DNA of 64,000 nt from a virus. A program made the translations under genes and the position numbers. The DNA lies in the IMG/VR virus record IMGVR_UViG_3300045772_000033, positions 13,873 through 77,872 of that record; one strand, given 5' to 3'. This document shows, in pieces, positions 54,877-64,000 of the stretch; within the stretch, counting starts at the first letter, position 1; each line of letters opens with the position of its first letter. Under the pieces are notes generated by a model. The model saw nothing but the letters and a program-made list of their open reading frames with translations, was not told the origin of the DNA and did no database searches.

Positions 54877-55548
54877 TTAAAGTTGATAGTTTTCTGCTTC
54901 CACTCGTGTCAAGAAAAAGTGAATGCCGGGGGCGCAAACGTCCCATCTGTTTTCGCTAAAAGAATCGGGAAGAACGGTGTCACCTTTTTTATATACAACG
55001 TGCGCGTCGTAGGAGCTCACCCCCGATTTTGCGCCATATACCTCAAGAACCACCACTTCGGACGACCGGCACTTTCTTTCTGCGCCGTGCGATCTTTTGG
55101 CGTGTTCTGGGATAAGCAAACGCACAATAACTCCGTTACAGCATTTTTTCCACCCTTCAAAGCTGCCTGTTTCTGGGATGAATTGAATCTGAGCTAAAGC
55201 CGCCGCCGCGTTCAAAGCGCCCTGCAAATCCGCGCCCTGCAAATACGCGCCCCGCAAATCCGCGCCCTGCAAATCCGCGCCCTGCAAATACGCGCCCCGC
55301 AAATACGCGCCCTGCAAATCCGCGCCCTGCAAATCCGCGCCCTGCAAATCCGCGCCCCGCAAAACCGCGCCCCGCAAATCCGCGCCCCGCAAATCCGCGC
55401 CCCGCAAAACCGCGCCCTGCAAATCCGCGCCCTGCAAATCCGCGCCCCGCAAATACGCGCCCTTTTTTACAGCACTCCCTACGGTTTCTTTGATGGTTGT
55501 ATTAGGCGAAGTGTAGAGCACAGCGCCGTAGATGTTTTTAATCTCCAT
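54877..55548 (-). CDS. Pentapeptide-repeat protein with DUF5758-like C-terminal domain
   Basis: 16 GA(D/Y/V)L(R/Q) repeats built from 15-bp units; GWKK..RKCRS..CAPGIHFFLTR. Confidence 0.88.
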   Translation of the reverse strand: MEIKNIYGAVLYTSPNTTIKETVGSAVKKGAYLRGADLQGADLQGAVLRGADLRGADLRGAVLRGADLQGADLQGADLQGAYLRGAYLQGADLQGADLRGAYLQGADLQGALNAAAALAQIQFIPETGSFEGWKKCCNGVIVRLLIPEHAKRSHGAERKCRSSEVVVLEVYGAKSGVSSYDAHVVYKKGDTVLPDSFSENRWDVCAPGIHFFLTRVEAENYQL

Positions 55549-55826
55549 TGTTTCCTCCGCTCTCCGACTTTCTCATCCCCAGCTTGAGATAGGGCAAAGG
55601 TGCGTTATGGCTCTCAGGTCGGTTACGATCCGGCAACGGTTAGAGATAAATTAGAACAAGCACGGCCAGGACGATTACAGCCAGGACGAATTTATCGAGG
55701 GTTGAAGTCTCGGAGGGTTGGCGCGCGGGCCTTTGGCCTAGGATGTGCGTTAGCCGGTCGGCGAATTGTGCATCTGCCACTTCCGGCCGATGTTGGAATG
55801 ATGCGTCTTTCATGTTCATTGGGTTG

Positions 55827-56255
55827 TTAGCTCCAGATTTTTCCATCGTCGCCGATGTAGAGGTCGAATTCGCCGAAGTTGTGAGAGACCGTGGTAAGAG
55901 CCGCCGCTGCTGGCTCCGCCCAGTCGCCATCCCAGAAGCCGGCGCCGTGGTGGTTACGGGTCAGCCAAAAGTCATGGCTGGCGCTTTCTTCCACGGTGTA
56001 GTCGTAGGCCGCCCGCGTCGGGGTCCGATGATCTTCAGCCAGATACAGGGCGCATTCGGCCAGGAACTTCTCACAGTCGGCGCGCATGGCCGCCGCCGTT
56101 TCCGGCGCCAGGTCCGCCGCGGTGTAATTGCTGTCGAGAAATTCATCGGCGTCATCTGCGCTTGACCAGAGAGCCGCGGTTACATAGGCATTGAAAAAGG
56201 CCGTTGCGCGCCGGGTTTGCGAAACGTTGCCCGCTGTTTTTGTCGCTTTGTCCAT
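55827..56255 (-). CDS. Hypothetical early protein
   Basis: AYVTAALWSS..HDFWLTRNHHGAGFWD. Confidence 0.75.
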   Translation of the reverse strand: MDKATKTAGNVSQTRRATAFFNAYVTAALWSSADDADEFLDSNYTAADLAPETAAAMRADCEKFLAECALYLAEDHRTPTRAAYDYTVEESASHDFWLTRNHHGAGFWDGDWAEPAAAALTTVSHNFGEFDLYIGDDGKIWS

Positions 56256-56276
56256 CTGAATTCCTCCAGTTTCTTG

Positions 56277-56305
56277 ACGCTATCACAAGTTTATTGCCTT
56301 GTCAA
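56277..56305 (-). promoter_or_regulatory. Sigma70-type early promoter
   Basis: TTGACA-17-TAGCGT with extended TG; same ends as the promoter at 37634-37662. Confidence 0.6.
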
Positions 56306-56450
56306 GTACCTAGTTAGACGGGCCGGCTGCCGGGCGGCTCAAGTCTTCAAACCATTCCCGCCCGCATTGGCCGCAGCCCCGCCGTTTGTTTTGTGGTGGT
56401 AGAGTCGCATTGTCCTTTTCTCCTTTTCTGAATTCTGGTACACTGTTTTC

Positions 56451-56855
56451 ATGCGCCCGTCCACTAACACCCGCTCCAAATATCCTCATCCTGAGCGAGT
56501 CCCAGCGCTTCAGGCTCGGAAATCTCCTTGTACCCCTGGCGGGCCGTTCGCCGATCTGCCCTGGGCTCAAAAGCGCGCCGCCGAGCAGTGGTTTTACAAA
56601 TTCTGCCAGAAGTGGGGCGATGATCTGCCCCCCTGGCGCCGGGCCATTTTGATGGGCGTAGCAAAGCGATTGGCAAAGAATCCGCCTGGTTTGAACTTCG
56701 GTTATCGACTTCATAACCACCTAGGCGCTAATGTTTTGGCCGCCCGGTGCAAAGCTGAAGGGCGCCCCCATCCGCGAATCGTAGCGATGCAGGCCGGCAT
56801 GGCTTGGAAAAAGGCAGGCCGGCCAGCTTTGGCTGTAAGGCAATTGGCGGTTTAA
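56451..56855 (+). CDS. Hypothetical protein (isolated + strand gene)
   Basis: 134 aa, basic; stop overlaps that of a convergent gene. Confidence 0.55.
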   Translation: MRPSTNTRSKYPHPERVPALQARKSPCTPGGPFADLPWAQKRAAEQWFYKFCQKWGDDLPPWRRAILMGVAKRLAKNPPGLNFGYRLHNHLGANVLAARCKAEGRPHPRIVAMQAGMAWKKAGRPALAVRQLAV

Positions 56856-56998
56856 TCGTCGCTCATTTCGGGCGAGTACCAGCCGGTTTCCTTAAAATAA
56901 CCGTCATCGTCCATTTCAGTCTGAAAAGCGTCTTGAATCGTGTCGCCGTCCAGTTTATCGAGGATCGCCAGCAGATACTGATCGCGGATGTGTTCCAC
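56852..56998 (-). CDS. 48-aa acidic peptide
   Basis: GTG start coupled to the upstream stop; 14 D/E versus 3 K/R. Confidence 0.5.
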   Translation of the reverse strand: MEHIRDQYLLAILDKLDGDTIQDAFQTEMDDDGYFKETGWYSPEMSDD

Positions 56999-57477
56999 TA
57001 TTGCACCTGACTTTCTGCGGTTAGTTCGCGCGCGGTTTCCACGTAATAGACCAGCGAATCCCTGAGTAGGGATTCAATCGCCGCCCGGAACCTGATAAAC
57101 TGGCGGCGCTCTGTCTTGTCTTCCACGTCCGGGTAAACCGCATATCCCTTGTCCGGGCCCTGCCCGGTCCATTCCGTGGCCAGTTTGCCGGCTGCATCGC
57201 GCTGGGTGTACGGTACTAACCAACCACTCGAGCGGCCTTCAGAGAATACGCCGCTGTAGCCATGTTCAACTGCGATTATGCCGGCGGATTGCCAGAATCG
57301 CTCTACGGCCTCATCCCAGGCCGCCGCGCGTATATCGTCCGGCGCGTCAACTTCCGGCGCCCGCTGTACCTTGACGTTTATTGCCGGGTGTGAGTGTGTT
57401 TCCATCATATTGTCTGAGTGGAATTGAATATCCACGTGCCTTGCCGCTGCCGCTTTGCTTTTCCCAAGAGTGTTCAT
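56998..57477 (-). CDS. Hypothetical early protein
   Basis: GAGG RBS; PAINVKV..EGRSSGWL. Confidence 0.7.
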   Translation of the reverse strand: MNTLGKSKAAAARHVDIQFHSDNMMETHSHPAINVKVQRAPEVDAPDDIRAAAWDEAVERFWQSAGIIAVEHGYSGVFSEGRSSGWLVPYTQRDAAGKLATEWTGQGPDKGYAVYPDVEDKTERRQFIRFRAAIESLLRDSLVYYVETARELTAESQVQ

Positions 57478-57526
57478 GAGCGTTACCTCTCCTTTTCTTC
57501 GCCGGCAGCTCCGCCGGCCCGGTTAT

Positions 57527-57703
57527 ATGTGGGGAATATTTTCCCCACATTTCAGCTGCCAAGTGTGGACTTTTAGCCACACTTATACTTAATTTCATAG
57601 ATGTGGGGAATATTTTCCCCACATCTCAGCCGTAAAGCGCGTTTTTCAGCCGCGCTTATACGTAAATCCATAGATGTGGGGAATAATTTCCCCACATTTC
57701 AAC
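57527..57703. repeat. Three near-perfect 24-bp palindromes at 73-74 bp period
   Basis: ATGTGGGGAA-TA(T/A)T-TTCCCCACAT at 57527, 57601 and 57674. Confidence 0.9.
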
Positions 57704-57736
57704 TTAATCGAATCGCGTTTCCGCCCGCGCCGCGCT

Positions 57737-58009
57737 TCAGGCGATAGGGAACGTGTCGCGGTTCACGATCCGCCGGCAGTCATCCGGCAGTGAATCGAAC
57801 GGAATTCGCTTGCCCAGGTGCCGGCCGGGCATAGCCGTACAATGCTGCCCGAATCCTTGAGGGTGGAAGGGGTTTTCATTCATTCCAACAGCCGCGAAAA
57901 GGCCTGCCCGTTCCGGCTCCGCCATATAGACGACCGTGTAACGGTCGCAAGTTTCGCCGCCGTTATCGTAGCAGCGTATCGGTTGCCCGTTTACCTTTTC
58001 AGTTTTCAT
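57737..58009 (-). CDS. Hypothetical early protein
   Basis: YDNGGETCDRYTVVY..PFHPQGFGQH..HLGKRI. Confidence 0.75.
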   Translation of the reverse strand: MKTEKVNGQPIRCYDNGGETCDRYTVVYMAEPERAGLFAAVGMNENPFHPQGFGQHCTAMPGRHLGKRIPFDSLPDDCRRIVNRDTFPIA

Positions 58010-58278
58010 TTCACGCCCGCCATTCTCGCCTTATAGTTGCGCGTGTTTTGTTCTGTGATTCTGTCCGCCCAGGAGTGCATTGCACTCCAGATTGTCGAGT
58101 GACCGGCGCGCCGGCCATTCAGGATAAAAGATGTCCGATTCCGCGAGTCTTTGCTAGTCGTTAGGGTTCCCAGCACGGCGCCGTCAAGGTCAATAATCTG
58201 ACAGATCCCAAACTTCGCCGCGTTAAAAACATCGGCGCGCCAACACATACCGCAAGAGTTTGCTGTGATTTGCTTCAT
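58006..58278 (-). CDS. Hypothetical protein
   Basis: GAGGA RBS; coupled overlap. Confidence 0.6.
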   Translation of the reverse strand: MKQITANSCGMCWRADVFNAAKFGICQIIDLDGAVLGTLTTSKDSRNRTSFILNGRRAGHSTIWSAMHSWADRITEQNTRNYKARMAGVK

Positions 58279-58350
58279 TGTCTTAGATCCTCTCTTCTTA
58301 CGAATTGACGGCGCCTTGCCAGGCCGCTTTGCGCGAAAGTCGGCAGGGTT

Positions 58351-58605
58351 TTACCAAATAGGTAAAGGGGATGGGTTGCGTTTGAACCAGATATTACCGC
58401 GTCCCTCAGTAACCAGTAGAAAAGAAAGAGAAGCGCCACAGCGTGTCAGGTTATGGTTGCGCGCGAATTCATCCGCCGCCAGATCAAAGGCCGCGATTTG
58501 AGCCGTGGTGGCTTTGGCTACTAGCGCGTCGTCCCATTGGAGGACTACTTCGTTTTCGCCGTGTAACAGAGCGGTCAATGTTAAACCAAAATTCTTGAAA
58601 GTCAT
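58351..58605 (-). CDS. Hypothetical protein
   Basis: AAGGA RBS; ends PLPIW. Confidence 0.6.
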   Translation of the reverse strand: MTFKNFGLTLTALLHGENEVVLQWDDALVAKATTAQIAAFDLAADEFARNHNLTRCGASLSFLLVTEGRGNIWFKRNPSPLPIW

Positions 58606-58637
58606 CGTGTTTTTCCTTTCTTGTTGGTTTTGAGTCG

Positions 58638-58856
58638 TTAGCCTTGCACGGAATGACGAATCATAGATCCGTGCTTATCATCCGAGTAGATGGTTCCGGC
58701 AAGTACAGCGCGTGCTGTATGCCTGGCGCTCTTATGCGCTGTGCCTAGCGGGCAGTCGCAATCGCCGCAAGTGAATTCATCATCCCAGATAATACGGTCG
58801 TGAGCATTCACTTGCTCTACTGTTCCCAACTTTGATTCGGCTTCAGTCCAAGTCAT
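58638..58856 (-). CDS. Hypothetical protein
   Basis: GAGGG RBS; CxxCxC motif. Confidence 0.5.
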   Translation of the reverse strand: MTWTEAESKLGTVEQVNAHDRIIWDDEFTCGDCDCPLGTAHKSARHTARAVLAGTIYSDDKHGSMIRHSVQG

Positions 58857-58946
58857 TGCTTCGCCCTCTTCACTCTCTGTCCGCACCCGCGGGCATGCTT
58901 TGCGGGGGATAGCGCCCCCGCTCGCTAGCAGGCGCCTACGTTTCGA

Positions 58947-59315
58947 CTATGCGTCCTCGTCCTCGTCCTCGTCCTCGTCCGCACCAGTAAATTCGTCTGC
59001 GTTTTCTTGCGCATCGGCGAGCGCTTCAGCTCGTGTATCGAATGGGCCAAACGCTGAGCTTTCGGGCAGGTATCCGGGCAGGCAAAGCCACCAGCACCAC
59101 CCACCAGTAATCGATTCCTCTTCTACCATGGCATTGATCATAGATTCACGAACCCGGCTATCCATGGTGTACAGCCGGAACTCTGAGCGCTTGCCATATT
59201 CATGGATGAGATCATCATCCTGAGCGGCAACCTCTTGAGTTGTGAGCCGGAAAACTTTTACATCCGGTAATGCGTGCGAACTGTTGGCGCGCGCTGAATT
59301 CGCGTAAAAGTGCAT
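58947..59315 (-). CDS. Hypothetical early protein with acidic tail
   Basis: GGAGG RBS; GW.WW.C.PGYLPES..GPF.T..EA; ends DEDEDEDEDA. Confidence 0.75.
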   Translation of the reverse strand: MHFYANSARANSSHALPDVKVFRLTTQEVAAQDDDLIHEYGKRSEFRLYTMDSRVRESMINAMVEEESITGGWCWWLCLPGYLPESSAFGPFDTRAEALADAQENADEFTGADEDEDEDEDA

Positions 59316-59813
59316 GGTGTATCCTCCAATGTTTTGTTTTTATTCCTGTTCCCATTCTCTTGTCAATAGCTATTTAGCATCTTAGATGTGATTTTCCTGT
59401 GCATAACTTACCTATCTTATTCTTTCCATGCGCGTTATCCTGTGCATAATTATTTTTCACGGTCTCATCTATATACGGTTGCGTCCGCCAGGTCATCCTC
59501 TGTGATGTGCGGCTAGCCTACACTCTAATCGATCGTGTGAGCATAGCCGGTAATGCGTCCAACTAGACCATCCTTTTATCAGATGGACGGGGAAGGGGTC
59601 AGCATCTTTGTATTCATATTGACAAGTGGTCCGGTTGGCGAGCTGGTGGGATTGAGGGTTTTCCCAAAGGTACCGGCGGGTGGTTCAATGCGGATCGTCG
59701 AGCCTCCGGCCGCGCCCAGAGGTGAAGGCCATCGTCTATGTCTAGCTCCTTAGATATTAAATAGACAAAATAATAGGTTGCAATTTTATTGATGACCGTG
59801 TTACTATTCGCCT

Positions 59814-61545
59814 ATGGAAAATTCAGGCACAGGAGCCGTCGTGACAAAAGCCTTCTGGAAAGCCTTCTGCCTCCTCTTTGGCCACTCCCCCACTCAAGTC
59901 CCCACCTTATTCTTTCTTTCTTGGGATGGCCTGATCGAGATCGGCTCTCTCCACTGCCAGCGCTGCGGCGCGATGACGGGCGAATACAAACGGAATATGG
60001 CGGAGCCAGTCCAATGAGCAAACGAAGGTTATCGGCGGGTAATATGGACTACGGCCGGACCTTTTATCCCAACGAGCCGGACGACTTGGCCTATCTGAAG
60101 CGACTGGCCAAAGATACTCGCGGGGACGAGAGCCTCTGGCCGGAGTTGAACCTGCGGATTTGTGGACGGCCAAAACCGGAGGAGCCCTCACTCCAATGAT
60201 CCCCCCATCCACCTACGACTGCCCCATCTGCGATCAAGTCTGCCCTAGCCTCGCGCAATACATCTCTCACTACGAGAAGGCGCACGATCGCAGCGCGACG
60301 GGTCCGGGTTCCGCCGCGGCGGCAGCCGAGGGCGCAGCCCGTCACGATGCTCCTGGCACCAGATACCCCAACGGTTGTCCTATTCTGGACGACGAAGGCG
60401 AGGAACGAGAATGAAGTCCCCCAACTTTCAAGACAAGATCGACGAGATTCTGGCCCCTTACCGCCAGGCGTGCCTGGCTCTGAAACTTCTCAAATGGGAG
60501 ATCGAGCGCGCGGCGGGTCCGGGTTCCGCCGCAATCGCGCAGGAAGGAAAATGAGGATGAGCGACAAAGAATGTGTTTGCAACGAGATGATCACCAAGTT
60601 AAATCACGAAGATGCGTCGGAGTTCACCGACAGGTACTACCATTCTTGCGTCTCGTGGGACTGCGAGAAGCACGGCAAGGTTTCGGTGGATAACCGCAGT
60701 GTCCAGCACACCCACCCGCCGGCTTACACTTCTAGCCGTCTTTTTGACCCGCCCAAGGCAAAGTTTCCAGATCGGAGAGTGCGAGGATGAGCGACAAACA
60801 CTACGAAGCCATGGCCAACATCAAAATTCCCGAACAGATGCGCCAAGCGGCGCTGGACGCCGCGGGGCCAAACTGTCAAGGGCTGCCCGTGGCAGGAGAT
60901 CGCGGAGGCCGCGGACGATCAACGCGACCACTCTTACCGATTCGAGTCAGCGACGCACCAGAGGAGGGTGTGAGAGATGATAGATGACAAACAGTCTCTG
61001 TACCAGTGTCCAAAGTGTTACCTCGGATTTCTGTCTTTGTGGGCGTACTGGAAGCACATGAGGGAAGTTCACAACGAGAGGGCGGTGGGAAAATGAGCAA
61101 GAAGCAATGCGTAGTACCGGAAGGGATGTTGAAGGCGGCGCATGAGGCCAACTTTTCACTTGATGCGCCTGTGAGGCAGATCGTCGAAGCGGCTCTGCGC
61201 TGGCAGTCTGAGAACCCGATTGTTCCCACACAAGAGCAGTACGAGGAGTTGCACAAGAAGTGGAGATATGATGGAATAACCAAGGCATCTTCGGCGATTG
61301 AGTTTCAGAGAATATGTCGCGCGTGGCAGCGCCAGATGCACCTCGCCCCGGAGCCGGAAGTGCCGGAGGATATTAAAGACCTTCTGATGGGGTCAGCCTA
61401 CACTCCCATGACTGGTATGGTGGAATTGAATCCTGAGTGGGATAAGAGAATCATCGAAGCCTACCGCCGTGGCCAAGCCAGTAAGGAATCTTCGGTTGTC
61501 AATCTCGGCAAGCCTCAGTATCTTTTGGAGAGAGGCAGAGTATAA
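59814..61545 (+). other. Run of small, tightly coupled hypothetical genes
   Basis: Overlapping ATGA/TGA-coupled ORFs (e.g. 60014..60199; 60196..60414 with CxxC..H..H; 60787..60987; 61093..61545). Confidence 0.5.
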
Positions 61546-61684
61546 GGCGGCGGTGGAGAAGCAGAAGATGAGGCAGGGCTGGGTTCCAGGACCGAATCTC
61601 TGACGCCCTGGCACAGAGTCCGTTTTTGCTCAGAACCCTTATCCGTCGTTCGTGCTACTCTAGGCATTGGGGGGGGCTCAGAGC

Positions 61685-62185
61685 ATGTCGCATGAACAGC
61701 ACGAAGCCAACGAAGTTCTTCATCAGATCCTCCATGAGTTGCGCGATATTCGGCGCGAACTGAAACACCGGCCTTCCCCTTTGCCCCAGCCCACCAGCCG
61801 CTTCAGTGCGGTGCAATTTACAGGAGATTCGATCATCATGCAGACCAACAACCTTACTCTCGCGGTTGGGCAGACCTCGACCGCCACTCCGGTAACTTTC
61901 CTCGCCGACGGCACGACCCTTGCCGGCGCAACCCTCAGCGGCGTCTCCTATGCCTTCTCTGATCCGAGCGCGACCGTGGCCATCAATCCGGACGGCATTA
62001 CCGCTCTGGTAACCGCCCAAGCTGCGAGCAACGGCCCGATCTCCGGCGCGGTCAGTTTTACAGCGACCGACACCGATTCTGCGGTTTCGCAGTGGACTCA
62101 GCCCTTCACCATTACCGTAACCGGGATCGTGCCTCCCGGCCAACTCTCCCAGTCGAGCGCGCTGCAATTCAGCGATCCCGTCTAG
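61685..62185 (+). CDS. Ig-like domain protein
   Basis: LAVGQT..ATP..FSDPSATV..ITVT (Big-2-like pattern). Confidence 0.6.
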   Translation: MSHEQHEANEVLHQILHELRDIRRELKHRPSPLPQPTSRFSAVQFTGDSIIMQTNNLTLAVGQTSTATPVTFLADGTTLAGATLSGVSYAFSDPSATVAINPDGITALVTAQAASNGPISGAVSFTATDTDSAVSQWTQPFTITVTGIVPPGQLSQSSALQFSDPV

Positions 62186-62218
62186 GCCAACGAGCCAAGC
62201 AAGTCCCCTCCCCCTATC

Positions 62219-62250
62219 AAAAATACCAGGCCAACCAGCCTGGTATTTTT
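62219..62250. terminator. Bidirectional terminator
   Basis: AAAAATACCAGGC-CAACCA-GCCTGGTATTTTT. Confidence 0.75.
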
Positions 62251-62254
62251 GTGC

Positions 62255-62283
62255 TTGACAGCGCGTACAGCTTGGGGTAAGAT
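62255..62283 (+). promoter_or_regulatory. Sigma70-type promoter
   Basis: TTGACA-17-TAAGAT. Confidence 0.65.
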
Positions 62284-62315
62284 CGGGAAATAAGTTAGTC
62301 AAGGAGTGAAGCACC

Positions 62316-62681
62316 ATGGACATCGGTCAGCCCCAACGCGAGATTATCGTCGAACCTCTCGAACTACCGGAGCCGCTGCGCGCGGAGCCTCGGCGCGCGC
62401 CAAAAGCGAACTGCTTCCGGTGCGGGGACCACGCGGCGCCTTCTCTATCCTGCAATTGTGGCTATTGGTCATTCAAAACGAGGGAGTTGCTGGAGGCTGC
62501 CCTGGATCGTTACGCCCTGGACGTTGAGGTGGTTGGCCAGGTCGAAATCTGGGGCCGCGTCATCGAGTGCGAGAATGGTTGGCGCAGCGAGTACGCTTAC
62601 CCAAAGGAGCTCTGGCTGCTGGACGAGGGGATGGAGAGCGTGTCATGGCGGTATGGAGTTCCAGTGCGGAGGTTAGGATGA
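62316..62681 (+). CDS. Hypothetical protein
   Basis: AAGGAG RBS; CNCGYW..VEIWGRVIE..GWRSEYA. Confidence 0.65.
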   Translation: MDIGQPQREIIVEPLELPEPLRAEPRRAPKANCFRCGDHAAPSLSCNCGYWSFKTRELLEAALDRYALDVEVVGQVEIWGRVIECENGWRSEYAYPKELWLLDEGMESVSWRYGVPVRRLG

Positions 62682-63373
62682 ACGACCAGACCACCACCAA
62701 AGCGCGTCCCGCGCCCGCTGCGCGCCCGCCACTCGCTGCGCGCCCGCCACTCCCCCCTCTTCCTCCAACCCCCACACTCCACCTCTCCTTGGCTGATCTC
62801 CAATCCGCGCGCAGTCTTCTTCCCGCCAATGACTTCCGGCACCGTCTTCGCCACACTCTTCTCTCCAACCCCACGATAACCTTGCGCCAGGTCGCTCAAG
62901 CCCTCGGCGTCACCCGGCAGCGCGCTGGGTCGCTGGTGGGCCGCCTCAACCGGCCAACCTGCGCCGAACCAGGGCCGCGTCCAGCCCCCCAGCGTGATCG
63001 GGCCGCCTCCCGTCTGGAGGAACTCAAGATCAGGGTTCAAGCCGGCGAGCCAGCCGCGCGCGCCGCGCGCGAACTTGGCATCTCTCTTCCCGTGGCGATG
63101 CACCTGGGATTCCGCGCCAAGGCCATCCGGCCTCCACATGGAACCTGGGATCGGGCCAAGACAAACTGCAACTGTTGGCGCTGCCGGGTGGTCTCAGGAC
63201 TGGCCACCCCCCGCGGCCCGCGTACCAGCGCAGCCCAGAAGGCCGCGGTCGAGGATTGGTTGGCCTACACCGACCCGGACGACAACAAGGGCCTGAGCCA
63301 AGCCAAGGTGGCGGGACTGGTCGGAGTTGGGCAGGCCGCGGTGAGCAGGATAGCGCGGGCGGTGGGAGAATGA
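62678..63373 (+). CDS. Multi-HTH DNA-binding protein
   Basis: TLRQVAQALGVTRQR, AARELGIS, SQAKVAGLVGVGQAAVSR; HG..CNCWRC. Confidence 0.7.
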   Translation: MNDQTTTKARPAPAARPPLAARPPLPPLPPTPTLHLSLADLQSARSLLPANDFRHRLRHTLLSNPTITLRQVAQALGVTRQRAGSLVGRLNRPTCAEPGPRPAPQRDRAASRLEELKIRVQAGEPAARAARELGISLPVAMHLGFRAKAIRPPHGTWDRAKTNCNCWRCRVVSGLATPRGPRTSAAQKAAVEDWLAYTDPDDNKGLSQAKVAGLVGVGQAAVSRIARAVGE

Positions 63374-63592
63374 GGCGCGTGGTGGTCGGATTTTCCGGCG
63401 GCAAAGCATATTGGTTGGCCGTTCTCAAGAATCGTCCAGACGTATTTGAGTAGCGATCTAAGTTGGAAGAAGAGTTTGGGGCACACATTTAACCGGCGCT
63501 ATTCGTTAGTACAGATCGCGCAGGAAGGATTGAAGCATGTGGTTAATCGCAAAGAGTCTATCAAACTTGGAAGCTGCGAATGCGGATCGTGA
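63370..63592 (+). pseudogene. PAPS reductase-family remnant (internal deletion, TAG, frameshift)
   Basis: MRRVVVGFSGG joined to KAYW..RPDVFE*RSKLEEEFG; the shifted frame ends GSCECGS. Confidence 0.65.
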
Positions 63593-63603
63593 GGAGCCCA
63601 GCC

Positions 63604-63846
63604 ATGCCTAGACAGCGAATCCTCTGGACTCAATCGGGCGAATACGCTCGGTCGATCCTGCGCCAGTACAACGGAGCCGATTACATCGGCCACAGGTTTC
63701 ACGGCCCGCATTACGTGGTCTACGAGCAAGGCGAGTTCACTCTCCGCCCTTATGGCTTCGCGGCGCGCTGGCGCTACTCTTTTCTTTGCCGCCCGCAGTT
63801 CCTGCCGGGAGAGATCGAGCCGTTGTGGACTTTTATGGTGCAGTGA
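63604..63846 (+). CDS. Hypothetical protein
   Basis: GAGGAG RBS. Confidence 0.55.
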   Translation: MPRQRILWTQSGEYARSILRQYNGADYIGHRFHGPHYVVYEQGEFTLRPYGFAARWRYSFLCRPQFLPGEIEPLWTFMVQ

Positions 63847-64000
63847 AAATTTCCTGAATTTTTCTCTTGCAAAGATTGCAACCAACGTGCTATTCTCCTT
63901 TTCGTAATGACTTCTCCCTCCCCCACCAACGGCCCCCAAGTCCTCCGTCTCGGCCCCTCCCCCGCCCAGGTCTTCTCCTGGCTCGAATGGGACCCTGCCT

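Noticed and set aside
57527-57703. Bona fide CRISPR array
   Set aside because: Only three repeats, the spacers are homologous to each other, and no cas genes are present; the DUF2800 nuclease belongs to the replication module.

Overview
The whole window reads as part of a tailed dsDNA phage genome with podovirus-like gene order. It starts inside the terminase large subunit gene, which carries an intein. The + strand morphogenesis block (about 4.8-32.5 kb) encodes portal, scaffold, major capsid, head-tail and tail proteins, probable ejection proteins, three large fibre/spike-like proteins and a holin candidate. The - strand block (about 32.6-59.3 kb) holds small accessory genes, a primase-helicase, family A DNA polymerase, SSB, PD-(D/E)XK nuclease, SNF2 helicase, RuvC-like resolvase, tRNA-Lys, a non-coding origin-like region, a serine recombinase and many small early genes. 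A + strand block of small genes closes the window. The most unusual observations are: (1) all three fibre/spike-like proteins begin with cleavable Sec-type signal peptides and carry even numbers of Cys, suggesting exported, disulfide-folded receptor-binding proteins; (2) a cassette-like array of small genes joined by a repeated stop-hairpin-RBS element lies directly upstream of a serine recombinase with a Zn-finger-like insert; (3) a cluster of tiny Arg/Lys-rich peptide genes flanks the portal gene; (4) a C5 methyltransferase gene has two overprinted genes and one in-frame amber codon; (5) several hairpin repeats show compensatory changes. All product calls come from motif recognition and synteny, not from database searches.
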